DNA from: a virus
IMG/VR virus record: IMGVR_UViG_3300025875_000003
Coordinates: 32,001 to 96,000 of that record
Direction: 5' to 3' (one strand)
DNA length: 64,000 nt
Below, piece after piece: positions 1-8,371 of the stretch; positions within the stretch are counted from its first letter, which is position 1, and each line of letters begins with the position of its first letter. The notes under the pieces are model-generated. The model was not told the origin of the DNA. It worked only from the letters and a program-made list of their open reading frames with translations, and did not search any database. The position numbers and the translations under genes are program-made.

Positions 1-84
1 GATCGACACCGGAGACGCTGACCCGTATCACGTGGAACTGGACGATAGCGGCTGGTTAGAGTGGGCGCAGGAGGTGGAGCCGGT

Positions 85-393
85 ATGACCGATCCTGCAT
101 CCCTGAGAGCCGCTAGGGCGGGCGAACCGGCCGAGGTGGTCTATCTACTCATGCTTAGAGAGATCTACGCTCTGAGGGCCGCTGGTGAGTCTGAGCAGGT
201 ACTTGCAGAGATCAAGCGCTCTGCGGATACCCTAGTCCCCATGTTCGGGCAGTATCGACGCAAATTTGAGGCTCTGCCGTGGTGGAAGCGCTGGTACAGG
301 GAACCGGTCATGCCCGACTACCTCGCCATTGCAGACACTTACCGAGAGACCCCTGACTTCGCCATCAATCTGCAGGAGAAGAATCATGACTGA
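85..393 (+). CDS. hypothetical protein
   Basis: ORF with GGAGG upstream; ATG overlaps the upstream TGA (ATGA). Confidence 0.7.
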   Translation: MTDPASLRAARAGEPAEVVYLLMLREIYALRAAGESEQVLAEIKRSADTLVPMFGQYRRKFEALPWWKRWYREPVMPDYLAIADTYRETPDFAINLQEKNHD

Positions 394-550
394 GGACGAG
401 GCAATAGAAGCACTCGCGGCCATAGACACCTCTGACGGGGAAGTTGCGCACGCGCAGGTAGACGGCATCCTGCGAGGCCTGTTGTCAGACCGGGTGAACG
501 ACGCTGTGGATGCTGTCATTGAGGCAGCGCCATTCTGGGCGTGCGCCTAG
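386..550 (+). CDS. hypothetical protein
   Basis: AGGAG RBS; overlaps the previous stop. Confidence 0.65.
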   Translation: MTEDEAIEALAAIDTSDGEVAHAQVDGILRGLLSDRVNDAVDAVIEAAPFWACA

Positions 551-552
551 GT

Positions 553-582
553 GTTGCACATGTTGCTTGACTGCGCTACAGT
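553..582 (+). promoter_or_regulatory. repeated early promoter, copy 1
   Basis: G-TTGCAC-ATGTTGCTTGACTGCGC(17)-TACAGT. Confidence 0.8.
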
Positions 583-616
583 GGTCTTAGATGAGCCGAC
601 CACCTAGGAGGACACC

Positions 617-790
617 ATGTGCGAGAACCCCGAGACGACAGCAAGCATCAAGCGAGGCCTGGAGCAGAGCGCTCGCGGCGAGACCGTGGACCTGGGTGAC
701 TTCACGCAGTATGCCGACGAAGGCGCTGATATCGAAGGCCCCGACGACGAGGACGAGCCGGGGTTTCTCGGTGACGCCTACAACCTCTGA
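617..790 (+). CDS. small acidic hypothetical protein
   Basis: GGAGGACACC-ATG; not in the ORF track (57 aa). Confidence 0.7.
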   Translation: MCENPETTASIKRGLEQSARGETVDLGDFTQYADEGADIEGPDDEDEPGFLGDAYNL

Positions 791-801
791 GGAGGACTGA
801 C

Positions 802-996
802 ATGGACAAGATTCCGTACCCCTACATGGTCGCTGTGGAGTACCCGCACTCGTACCGCCAGGATTGGTCAGTCACGTTCGACACCGAGGACGAGCAGCGC
901 AAGTACGCGCAGGTCATCGTTGCCAAAAGCAGCCCCTGGGGCACTGAGGGCTACGCCAAGGTCACGCTGGCCACGATCACGGAGGAGTTGAACTGA
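802..996 (+). CDS. hypothetical protein
   Basis: GAGGAGG RBS. Confidence 0.7.
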   Translation: MDKIPYPYMVAVEYPHSYRQDWSVTFDTEDEQRKYAQVIVAKSSPWGTEGYAKVTLATITEELN

Positions 997-1271
997 TGAA
1001 GATTCTGAAGCGCATACTGCGTGAGCCTACAAAGGCGCTGCTGTGGCACACGGCCCGTCTGGACAACGTAGAGACGTACTGGTGGAACTGGCTCAATCAC
1101 CGAGTTCTGGGAGGCCCCGCGCCTGACCGCGCCACTGTCACCCTGGACGAGGTGTGGGAGGCCGAAGCCATTGCAGACGCCCGCGCCCGAGGTAACTTGG
1201 AAGAGGGGCCATCCTCCTGGACCGTGGAATTCTTGAAGGCACTAAGAATCGGGGTAAGTGACAATGGCTGA
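996..1271 (+). CDS. hypothetical protein
   Basis: TGATG coupling. Confidence 0.65.
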   Translation: MKILKRILREPTKALLWHTARLDNVETYWWNWLNHRVLGGPAPDRATVTLDEVWEAEAIADARARGNLEEGPSSWTVEFLKALRIGVSDNG

Positions 1272-1557
1272 CACGATAGTCGAAGGCGCACGTGCTCTGT
1301 GGGAGCATGATCAAGGCTACGATGCTCCAACGTTTCCGACAGGGGACTACTACGTGGACGATCCTTACCTGTGCCGGGCCGATGACGTTCTGTCTGCGGT
1401 GTCTGTGGCGCCCAACAGGGTGCTGGCTACGGCTCTGACGGGCCTAGCGCGCCGACAGGGGCAGTTTTCCCATGGTCTAGTAGCCCTGGCCGAGATCATC
1501 CGTTCTGGAGCCGCTACGGACCAGCAGTACCGCACAGCGGCTGCCATCTTGCGATAG
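1264..1557 (+). CDS. hypothetical protein
   Basis: overlapping start/stop. Confidence 0.65.
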   Translation: MADTIVEGARALWEHDQGYDAPTFPTGDYYVDDPYLCRADDVLSAVSVAPNRVLATALTGLARRQGQFSHGLVALAEIIRSGAATDQQYRTAAAILR

Positions 1558-1574
1558 GAGAAGAATTATGGATC

Positions 1575-1901
1575 GTGAGCACCAAGGACAAGCGCTCTTT
1601 GATGATCCTGCTGATGGAAGACCTTCGCGGGGCATTCTTTCCTGTGAGCCCGCGTACAGAAGTAGTGCGTGACCTGGCAGGAAATCTGGATTATACGCAG
1701 GTGGCCCTTCGTGCACAGATGCACCTGGAAGACGACTACCAGGACGGCCTCTTCTTCCGTACAAGTTTCGAAAATGGGGGCTATGAAGACCCACCTTTTC
1801 ACGTCATTCGTGACCGCGACGAGGCAAGTCCGGCACTGGTTGCAGCCGTAGAAGCGCTGTGCGAATACCCGGAATATCGTCTGACCTTCGGAGAAGAATA
1901 A
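1575..1901 (+). CDS. hypothetical protein
   Basis: AGGAG RBS, GTG start. Confidence 0.65.
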   Translation: MSTKDKRSLMILLMEDLRGAFFPVSPRTEVVRDLAGNLDYTQVALRAQMHLEDDYQDGLFFRTSFENGGYEDPPFHVIRDRDEASPALVAAVEALCEYPEYRLTFGEE

Positions 1902-1953
1902 TGAATGATCTGACTACTCAACTTCGTGCGTGGACCGCTGGGAGTGATGACTG

Positions 1954-2385
1954 ATGGGCTGGTCAGTAGGCTTTGACAGCAAATGGGGCAGGGACATCGG
2001 TTACGGCGTTCCTGCTACGTGCGACCATCCCGTATGTGAGACAAAGATCGACCGTGGTCTTGCTTACGTGTGTGGGGGTCAGCCGTTTGGAGGCGAGGAA
2101 GGTTGTGGCCTTTATTTCTGTGGTGCTCATCAGTGGTTCAAGGACGTGGGGAACGGAGAACGTGTGTTCGTCTGCGAGCGGTGCCTGGAGGACAAGCCAC
2201 CGTTCGACCCGACCCCTGACGTAGCCGAGTGGATCAACCACAAGGCCACCGATCCTTCGTGGGCTCAGTGGCGGGCTGAGCGGTGTCAGCACAGATCTGT
2301 CACGTGGTTTGGCATACCCGCGCAGGGCAAGTGCGATGAGTGCGGCACTGTGGGCAAGGATGGGCTACGTCCCGCAGTCGTGTAG
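1954..2385 (+). CDS. Cys/His-rich conserved phage hypothetical protein (probable Zn-binding)
   Basis: GRDIGYGVPATCDHPxC...CGLYFC plus CxxC motifs. Confidence 0.75.
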   Translation: MGWSVGFDSKWGRDIGYGVPATCDHPVCETKIDRGLAYVCGGQPFGGEEGCGLYFCGAHQWFKDVGNGERVFVCERCLEDKPPFDPTPDVAEWINHKATDPSWAQWRAERCQHRSVTWFGIPAQGKCDECGTVGKDGLRPAVV

Positions 2386-2500
2386 TAGAAATCTTCCGGG
2401 CGGGTTGATCGCCCCCGGCGTCTGGTCCCACGAAACGGGCCACCCGATGGCCCGCATGTCTTCCGGAATCCGGTGGAGCGGGCCATTGGCATATCTGGGT

Positions 2501-2530
2501 GTTGCATCCGTCGCATGGTTGCGCTACTGT
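2501..2530 (+). promoter_or_regulatory. repeated early promoter, copy 2
   Basis: G-TTGCAT-CCGTCGCATGGTTGCGC-TACTGT. Confidence 0.75.
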
Positions 2531-2561
2531 GGAGTCAACGACGAACCACACGGAGGACACC

Positions 2562-2738
2562 ATGGACAAGTTTGCAACTCGCCTGGGCTGGACGATTATC
2601 GTAATTGGCGCATCCTTGGCCATGGTCTTTGTTCTCTTTTCCATCTTCCACGGAATTAACGTTCTGGCTGACTGCGGTCCTGGCTTCTTTTTCAGCGGCA
2701 GCGCCGAAATCCAGACGTGCACTATTGACCAAAACTGA
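2562..2738 (+). CDS. small membrane protein
   Basis: GGAGGACACC-ATG; one hydrophobic helix. Confidence 0.7.
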   Translation: MDKFATRLGWTIIVIGASLAMVFVLFSIFHGINVLADCGPGFFFSGSAEIQTCTIDQN

Positions 2739-2751
2739 AGGAGGAGAAATC

Positions 2752-3045
2752 ATGACTGAGAAGATCGACCCCATCTCCCTGTGGGAGGACACCGTTGGCG
2801 ACAGCGGGAAGGCCCCCACAGACGATGAACTGACCGCTTACGCCACGGCGGTGCAGAGCGCCGTTCTGAAGGCCGTGGCGAGCGTCCTGGACAGCCACGT
2901 ACGCATTGCGCGCTCCGTGTCCCTAATGAACTTTGCGTTTATGCGCTTTGGAGACGGCATGGAGCGCTCTGCCGATGTGGTTCGTGAACTGGAGCACATC
3001 TGGACCGATGACGAGGGACAGCCCGCATTCCTGACGGCTGAGTGA
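2752..3045 (+). CDS. hypothetical protein
   Basis: GGAGGAG RBS. Confidence 0.7.
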   Translation: MTEKIDPISLWEDTVGDSGKAPTDDELTAYATAVQSAVLKAVASVLDSHVRIARSVSLMNFAFMRFGDGMERSADVVRELEHIWTDDEGQPAFLTAE

Positions 3046-3056
3046 GGAGAAGAACC

Positions 3057-3278
3057 ATGCCATTTTCATACGAAGAGCCTCCGCGATACCATGTTGAGAT
3101 CGAGGGGCAACATGGACAACGCGAAACGGTACTGCGTACAGATAACCACATGAAGGCCATTGACATGGCAGATTTCTGGGATCTCCGGGTGAACACCTAC
3201 CTGGCCGAAGAGCCGCAAGACTGGCGCTCAGTGATGGATCGCAAGTGGCGCGCATTGGAGCGCTACGTCCGTGCTTGA
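3057..3278 (+). CDS. hypothetical protein
   Basis: GAGGAG RBS. Confidence 0.65.
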   Translation: MPFSYEEPPRYHVEIEGQHGQRETVLRTDNHMKAIDMADFWDLRVNTYLAEEPQDWRSVMDRKWRALERYVRA

Positions 3279-3362
3279 CATGATGATGCCTGTCGGAATC
3301 TTCGGGGGCCTTCTTGTCGCTGGCTCCATCTGGGCCATCTCAGAACTGTAGGAGGAGCGATT

Positions 3363-3698
3363 ATGGGTGTAGGCCAGGTCGGGCGTGTGGTGTGTGTTCC
3401 CTGTCGGCTGGTCTCAGTGACAGGCCGTCTCGATTCTGAGGGCTTCAGTCACTGTCTAATCTGCGATGGTCCGGTGATTCGTGTTGGTCCGCGCTGGCGT
3501 GCACCCAGGAAGCACAACAAGGGGGCGTGGAAGCGTGTAGAGGCGGGGGAACTACTCTGGGACCACAAGGCTGTTGAGAGGCCGCTACGGAGGCGTATCA
3601 CTGCTGAGCAGTGGCAGCGGGACAGAGAGCGCCGACAGAAGATGAAGGCCAAGCAAAAGGAACTTCAAGCACGGCGACGAGAAACGGAGAAGTCATGA
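3363..3698 (+). CDS. hypothetical protein with two CxxC motifs and a basic C-terminus
   Basis: CVPC...CLIC; GGAGGAG RBS. Confidence 0.65.
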   Translation: MGVGQVGRVVCVPCRLVSVTGRLDSEGFSHCLICDGPVIRVGPRWRAPRKHNKGAWKRVEAGELLWDHKAVERPLRRRITAEQWQRDRERRQKMKAKQKELQARRRETEKS

Positions 3699-4060
3699 GC
3701 GCTGACAACGGATATATCATCCGGCAGAACAAGGACGGTAAGTTCGTCCTCCAGATGTACTTCATGAGCGACGACGAGTACCCTCCCATCGAAAATGCGC
3801 ACCCCTCGCGTGTGTTCGACTTACTCGAAGAGGCTGAGGACGAATACGACCGCATGGAGGACGAGGTTGGCTACTTGTGTGAGTATGGCCTGACCATCGC
3901 AGTGCCGTTGGAGGACTCCCTGGCACTGTCCGAGAACAAGATTTCGATCACCAGAGACACCGCTGAGGCGTGCTTGCGGCTGGTCGAGCAGTATCCACTG
4001 CTGCGTGGTCTGAGCGTTCACACTGAACTGCGCAAGGCTCTAGGGCTGGAGGAAGCATGA
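3695..4060 (+). CDS. hypothetical protein
   Basis: ATGA coupling. Confidence 0.7.
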   Translation: MSADNGYIIRQNKDGKFVLQMYFMSDDEYPPIENAHPSRVFDLLEEAEDEYDRMEDEVGYLCEYGLTIAVPLEDSLALSENKISITRDTAEACLRLVEQYPLLRGLSVHTELRKALGLEEA

Positions 4061-4120
4061 GCGAGAGCAGCATGCCCCCATGGCTGGCAGCAGTCATTGC
4101 TGCCAGCCAGGAGGTGAGTC

Positions 4121-4459
4121 ATGAGCAATCGAAGGATTGATCGGAACACCACAGTTCACACCGAACTGCCCGATCTCTGTATCTGGCTGCCTGCCTCAAA
4201 TGCACCCTCAGGTTTGGTGTTCGAGCCCACGTCAGTCTCCGAATACCTGAGCCAAGGGTGGCCTAGGTGGGGATACCGCGTAGTGTTCACAGGCAGTCTA
4301 GAGGATTCCTACACGGACACTGTGGGCTCTGCTATCTACGGGGACCGTGGCTGGCCACTAGACCGGATTCCCGAGGCTCTGAGGCCCTTCCTGGCAGGCG
4401 AGGATCGTCTTGCAGGACCATACGAGGATATCGGTACACTGGGTACACCAGCCCGATAG
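4121..4459 (+). CDS. hypothetical protein
   Basis: GGAGG RBS. Confidence 0.65.
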   Translation: MSNRRIDRNTTVHTELPDLCIWLPASNAPSGLVFEPTSVSEYLSQGWPRWGYRVVFTGSLEDSYTDTVGSAIYGDRGWPLDRIPEALRPFLAGEDRLAGPYEDIGTLGTPAR

Positions 4460-4503
4460 ACCCTATGTCAACACCATACTGAGTCCCGTAGGGACGAAGA
4501 GGA
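4457..4503. repeat. 47-bp duplicated hairpin element, copy 1
   Basis: TAGACCCTATGTCAACACCATACTGAGTCCCGTAGGGACGAAGAGGA; 44/47 identical to 35451-35497. Confidence 0.9.
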
Positions 4504-4513
4504 GGAGCACGGG

Positions 4514-4648
4514 ATGAGCAAGGAATCAGATAGGCTGGAGCGTATGCTGGCCGAGATTCAGAACATTCGTGAGAAGATCACCTACTACGACGGCGAAATC
4601 GGAAAGTACAAGATTCTTCGTTGGCTAGATGACGTGGAGGGAGCGTGA
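4514..4648 (+). CDS. small hypothetical protein
   Basis: GGAGGAG RBS; stop coupled to the next GTG. Confidence 0.6.
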   Translation: MSKESDRLERMLAEIQNIREKITYYDGEIGKYKILRWLDDVEGA

Positions 4649-4860
4649 TCGTGGCTACTCCTGGCCAGCGGCGTGCCTTGTCGCTCATGGCTGAACGTGA
4701 AGATGGAACTGTGCCAACCATGACCATGGTTGAGCACTACGGCTATGAGTGGTCTATTTTGAATTCTCTCATTCAGGCAGGCTGGGTAAAGTATGACGGC
4801 TGGCACGGACAATGGAAGATCACAGACGAAGGACGACGAGAGATGAGTAAGGAAGCGTGA
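4645..4860 (+). CDS. hypothetical protein (possible winged-helix fragment)
   Basis: LIQAGWV...WKITDEG pattern. Confidence 0.55.
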   Translation: MIVATPGQRRALSLMAEREDGTVPTMTMVEHYGYEWSILNSLIQAGWVKYDGWHGQWKITDEGRREMSKEA

Positions 4861-5060
4861 ACGTTGGAAACGTAGAAGAGGAACTCTGGGATGCCCTCTA
4901 CGTGGCAGAGATGGCCCATAGAAGAGCCTTGGAGACGCTGGCGGTAGTCCGCAGCGATCCACGGCTTCACACGCCCGCGTACACGCGCAGGACAGAGCGC
5001 AAGGCGAGCAGCACCAGAGCCAAGAGGAACGTGGCTAGGTATGAAGTGTTGCATCCGTAG
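4857..5060 (+). CDS. hypothetical protein
   Basis: GTGA coupling. Confidence 0.6.
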   Translation: MNVGNVEEELWDALYVAEMAHRRALETLAVVRSDPRLHTPAYTRRTERKASSTRAKRNVARYEVLHP

Positions 5061-5077
5061 CCTGACTGCACTACTGT
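5048..5077 (+). promoter_or_regulatory. repeated early promoter, copy 3
   Basis: G-TTGCAT-CCGTAGCCTGACTGCAC-TACTGT. Confidence 0.8.
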
Positions 5078-5104
5078 CCTGGTAAGAACCTACTAAGGAG
5101 GTCC

Positions 5105-5341
5105 ATCACGGCTAGTACTTGGTGGGAGATCAAGAATGAGATCCGTCCCACACGCAGGGACATGCCCTGCGACTGTATACTCAACGAGGGCTATCCCTAC
5201 GGGGATGCTCATCTTCGAAGAGAGCATGACGAAGAGCCTTGTAGCGGTTCGTGGGGCTGGGAACCTCCCTGCGGAGGTTGTATCAACTGCCTTGCTGCAC
5301 AGGCTTACTATTATCTCGGACTGGAGAACAAGAATGTCTGA
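5105..5341 (+). CDS. Cys-rich hypothetical protein with an apparent ATC start
   Basis: AAGGAGGTCC-ATC opens a 78-codon frame (CDC...CGGCINC) whose stop overlaps the next ATG. Confidence 0.55.
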   Translation: MTASTWWEIKNEIRPTRRDMPCDCILNEGYPYGDAHLRREHDEEPCSGSWGWEPPCGGCINCLAAQAYYYLGLENKNV

Positions 5342-5573
5342 AGTTCCAACTGTCATTGCCAATCGAGCACATCTACCTGGACTCAACCTGCCTGGTGAGT
5401 ATGATGTGGAGTTTGACACCGAGACCGAAGAGGTTACAGTGTTGAGCGGTCCCCAGAGGGGTAAGATCTTCAAGCCCCATGCTGAGGTAATTGACGCCAT
5501 GAGACGCGCAGCCCGCAGCGGTCAGACCATCAACGAATCCGTAGAATCGTACACCGAGATCGAGGAGAAGTAA
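5334..5573 (+). CDS. hypothetical protein
   Basis: GGAG RBS; MSEVPTVIANR... Confidence 0.65.
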   Translation: MSEVPTVIANRAHLPGLNLPGEYDVEFDTETEEVTVLSGPQRGKIFKPHAEVIDAMRRAARSGQTINESVESYTEIEEK

Positions 5574-5574
5574 C

Positions 5575-5838
5575 ATGAAGAGGAAGATCATGGGCACTAT
5601 GGCTGTACTAGTGCTTGCGGTGCCTGTGGGAGTAGCCGCAGATGTGTCTATTAGTGATCAAGTGGCCCCCGCTCAGGCAAGTACGTACTACTGGTATCCA
5701 GCACCGAACAATGATCCCTGGGTATGCTACTGGCGTGGACAGCGATCCCGCTGGGTGCAGGTTTTCAGTTACGTCGGTCACATTTGGCAGGCACAGTGTC
5801 GCAAGGTTATTACCTATACCCCGCCGCGTTTGGTTTGA
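5575..5838 (+). CDS. small secreted protein
   Basis: basic N-terminus, hydrophobic core, AQA-like cleavage site; two Cys in the mature part. Confidence 0.65.
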   Translation: MKRKIMGTMAVLVLAVPVGVAADVSISDQVAPAQASTYYWYPAPNNDPWVCYWRGQRSRWVQVFSYVGHIWQAQCRKVITYTPPRLV

Positions 5839-5848
5839 GGAGAAGAAC

Positions 5849-5977
5849 ATGTGGAGATATACGTGGTGGACCCGCAATAAGAACTCTTGCGTATTCCATC
5901 CTGGAGGAATGTGGACCAAGATCTACTACAGTTCTCCGGTGTCGGGCATCCTCTACCTGTGCGGGGTGAAGCACTGA
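5849..5977 (+). CDS. small hypothetical protein
   Basis: GAGGAG RBS. Confidence 0.5.
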   Translation: MWRYTWWTRNKNSCVFHPGGMWTKIYYSSPVSGILYLCGVKH

Positions 5978-6168
5978 TGTCCCACTATGCGCAGGTAGAT
6001 AGAGTTGAGATCGACACGGACAGCGAATCAGACCTGAAGGCTACTATTACGATTAGTCATCATTCTCATTTTTACTTCAACAATACATCTCCTAGTGTCA
6101 CTGACGTACCTGAAGACATTCGCAAGGCACTGCTGAGTTGGCTGACTAAGGGAGAGGAACCCTCATGA
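5977..6168 (+). CDS. hypothetical protein
   Basis: TGATG coupling. Confidence 0.6.
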   Translation: MSHYAQVDRVEIDTDSESDLKATITISHHSHFYFNNTSPSVTDVPEDIRKALLSWLTKGEEPS

Positions 6169-6455
6169 ATCTCGCTGACTGGCTGGACCAGCAGACGAAC
6201 GTGAACACGAATGACCCTCGTGTAATTCGTGTCATTCGAGCCATCGAAGAGGCTGGTTGGTCTCCGCCTGGTGCAGACGCTCTCGCAGTACGCGAGGCTC
6301 TGGCTGATGCATGGGACGAAGGATTCGAGCAGGGAACCACATGGCCTGAGCAGGTCAAGGGAATTCTTATCGATCCTCCGACGAATCCCTACCGCAAGCC
6401 TGCGCGACCCACCGCAACTGAAATGATCTACCGTCGTCCCAACGAGAAGGACTGA
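6165..6455 (+). CDS. hypothetical protein
   Basis: ATGA coupling. Confidence 0.65.
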   Translation: MNLADWLDQQTNVNTNDPRVIRVIRAIEEAGWSPPGADALAVREALADAWDEGFEQGTTWPEQVKGILIDPPTNPYRKPARPTATEMIYRRPNEKD

Positions 6456-6460
6456 ATACC

Positions 6461-6661
6461 ATGGCAAATACGCGCACTGACGTTGACGAGTCCGTTGTTG
6501 TCCGCTTCGACCAGAAGATTCAGTATCACCTGGATGAACTGTTCGAGACGCTGGACGATTTTGCTCACCGCAATCGTCTGAGCACCGAGCAGGTCGTGGC
6601 TCTCCTCAGTGAGCGCTACGCCGAAGTGCCGGATGCCTACCAGGAGTGGATTGATGGCTGA
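6461..6661 (+). CDS. hypothetical protein
   Basis: AAGGA RBS. Confidence 0.65.
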   Translation: MANTRTDVDESVVVRFDQKIQYHLDELFETLDDFAHRNRLSTEQVVALLSERYAEVPDAYQEWIDG

Positions 6662-7277
6662 CATCGATCCCGATCTGGTGGAATTTCATGAAGTGGACGA
6701 GCCGGTCGTCTTGAAGCAAGGTGGTCCGGTTTTCCACGGCAAGCCGCGCTACGGCATTCTTTGGTCTGAGCCTCCGCAGTCAGTTGACGCCATTCCGTTC
6801 CCCACTCCGGTGCAGAACGCTATGCGTAAGTTCATGGACGCAGAGCCTGCTGTCAAGCGTCCGTCTTGGGATGAGTGGGCGCTGAATCTTGCTGCGGCTG
6901 TGGGTACTCGCGCCGACTGTACACGTCGTCAGGTTGGTGCGGTGATTCTAGATCCTGAGCACCGCGTAGTGGCCACGGGCTACAACGGCTACCCCGCAGG
7001 TAGGCCAGGATGCGCTTCTGCGGGGGCATGTCCGCGCGGTCAGAAGTCCAAGGCAGAGATTCCGCCCATGGCCTCTTACACAGCCCCTGAAAGCCGTTGT
7101 GATGCTCTCCACGCTGAAGAGAATGCGATCCTTTATGCGCGCCGGGATCTGCGCGGCTGCACGATCTACGTCAACCACGAGCCGTGTCCGAACTGCCGCC
7201 GTGTGATTGCAGGCACTGGCATAGCGCGCATGGTGTGGACGCTGCCCGGCGGCGGCTACTCGGGAGAGATGGTCTAA
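6654..7277 (+). CDS. dCMP deaminase
   Basis: CTRRQVGAV, ATGYNG, HAEENA, PCPNC Zn-deaminase motifs. Confidence 0.92.
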   Translation: MADIDPDLVEFHEVDEPVVLKQGGPVFHGKPRYGILWSEPPQSVDAIPFPTPVQNAMRKFMDAEPAVKRPSWDEWALNLAAAVGTRADCTRRQVGAVILDPEHRVVATGYNGYPAGRPGCASAGACPRGQKSKAEIPPMASYTAPESRCDALHAEENAILYARRDLRGCTIYVNHEPCPNCRRVIAGTGIARMVWTLPGGGYSGEMV

Positions 7278-7441
7278 TGAAAAATACAGAACTAGAAATC
7301 TCTAGACTCTGGCACGAGTCTGAGTGGACCACATTCATGGCCGAAGACGGATGCATGAGTATTGCCATGAACACGGAGGAGGATCGAGTTCTAGACTTCG
7401 CTAGAGCGTTAGGCGTTGAGGTAGTTGCACCTGTAGCCTGA
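7277..7441 (+). CDS. hypothetical protein
   Basis: TAATG coupling. Confidence 0.55.
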   Translation: MKNTELEISRLWHESEWTTFMAEDGCMSIAMNTEEDRVLDFARALGVEVVAPVA

Positions 7442-7453
7442 TTGCGCTATGCT
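7424..7453 (+). promoter_or_regulatory. repeated early promoter, copy 4 (overlaps the end of a CDS)
   Basis: G-TTGCAC-CTGTAGCCTGATTGCGC-TATGCT. Confidence 0.75.
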
Positions 7454-7485
7454 GAAGGCATTAGAAACGCAGAGTAGGAGAAATC

Positions 7486-7737
7486 GTGGGAACTAGGGTG
7501 GTTCGCATTCGGGTGGAGCACCTGAACTTCCCTCAGAATGTCGTCGCCGGGTGTAACTATCTGGTCATCGCCTCTCTGACGTACCTGATGCGCGGTAGCA
7601 ACGAAGATCCTCCACCCGTACCTGTGCGCGACGAGGGAGGTGGAAGGTACAGCATCTCGGATGGCAGACACCGAGTCATTGCCGCCATCATCGCAGGACG
7701 CCCTGACGTGCTTTGTGAAATCGAGGAGACGCCATGA
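7486..7737 (+). CDS. stand-alone ParB/Sulfiredoxin-like domain protein
   Basis: PPVPV...YSISDGRHRVIAA motif. Confidence 0.75.
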   Translation: MGTRVVRIRVEHLNFPQNVVAGCNYLVIASLTYLMRGSNEDPPPVPVRDEGGGRYSISDGRHRVIAAIIAGRPDVLCEIEETP

Positions 7738-7985
7738 CACACAAGATCGAAGTTAGAGGTCCCATTCGCTACCCCGGAGGTAGGGATGGGTGGTATGTCT
7801 TCGAGTGCTCTGAGGGAGACTATGTTTCGTATGGACCTCGCCCGGACTCCAAGAACGCACGTATGGCGTCCAAGGCACACGCTGAGGCCAAGAACGCCAA
7901 CGAGACTCGTTACGCGGCTGAGCGTGCTACTCTGAGCGAGAACGCTATTGATGACCCTCCCAACACCGCTATCGAAGGAAACTGA
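7734..7985 (+). CDS. hypothetical protein
   Basis: ATGA coupling. Confidence 0.6.
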   Translation: MTHKIEVRGPIRYPGGRDGWYVFECSEGDYVSYGPRPDSKNARMASKAHAEAKNANETRYAAERATLSENAIDDPPNTAIEGN

Positions 7986-7986
7986 C

Positions 7987-8211
7987 ATGAAGAGAGCATG
8001 CCCCGAGTCCTGGCCTACGGGCATCACGTCTCTGCTGCACCAAGACATCCCATGCGACAAGGACGCCAAGCACCGTGGATGGCACGTCAGCGCCTCGGGA
8101 GATGTCAAGTGGACAGGTAAGTTGACGGACGAAGAGCGCGCCGAGCGCGACAGGATGCGTGCCCACCACGACGCCGTGATTCTGTCCGCAACGATGTACG
8201 GAGGCAACTGA
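7987..8211 (+). CDS. hypothetical protein
   Basis: AAGGA RBS. Confidence 0.6.
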   Translation: MKRACPESWPTGITSLLHQDIPCDKDAKHRGWHVSASGDVKWTGKLTDEERAERDRMRAHHDAVILSATMYGGN

Positions 8212-8212
8212 C

Positions 8213-8371
8213 ATGCAGGTAGAAGTTCGAGTCATCATGGACGATGGTCGATATGTTCTTGACTACAAGGAAGTCCAGACGCTCACCAGCGACTCTCTGA
8301 GCATTGCAGCGGCGCAACTCGGATTCGGTCTGGCTGAGGCTGCCTATGGTCTACTTCCTGAGGAGGACTGA
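8213..8371 (+). CDS. hypothetical protein
   Basis: GGAGG RBS; not in the ORF track. Confidence 0.6.
   Translation: MQVEVRVIMDDGRYVLDYKEVQTLTSDSLSIAAAQLGFGLAEAAYGLLPEED

Noticed and set aside
4476-4500. Hammerhead ribozyme in the 47-bp element (TGAGTCC...GGACGAA resembles stem II)
   Set aside because: The CUGAnGA core reads AUACUGA and GAAA reads GAAG; there are no stems I and III. It also lacks the P1-P3 helices of an HDV-like fold.
5136-5333. N-terminal extension of the 5136-5573 ORF
   Set aside because: There is no RBS at 5136. The region is better explained by the 5105-5341 frame plus an RBS-supported start at 5334.
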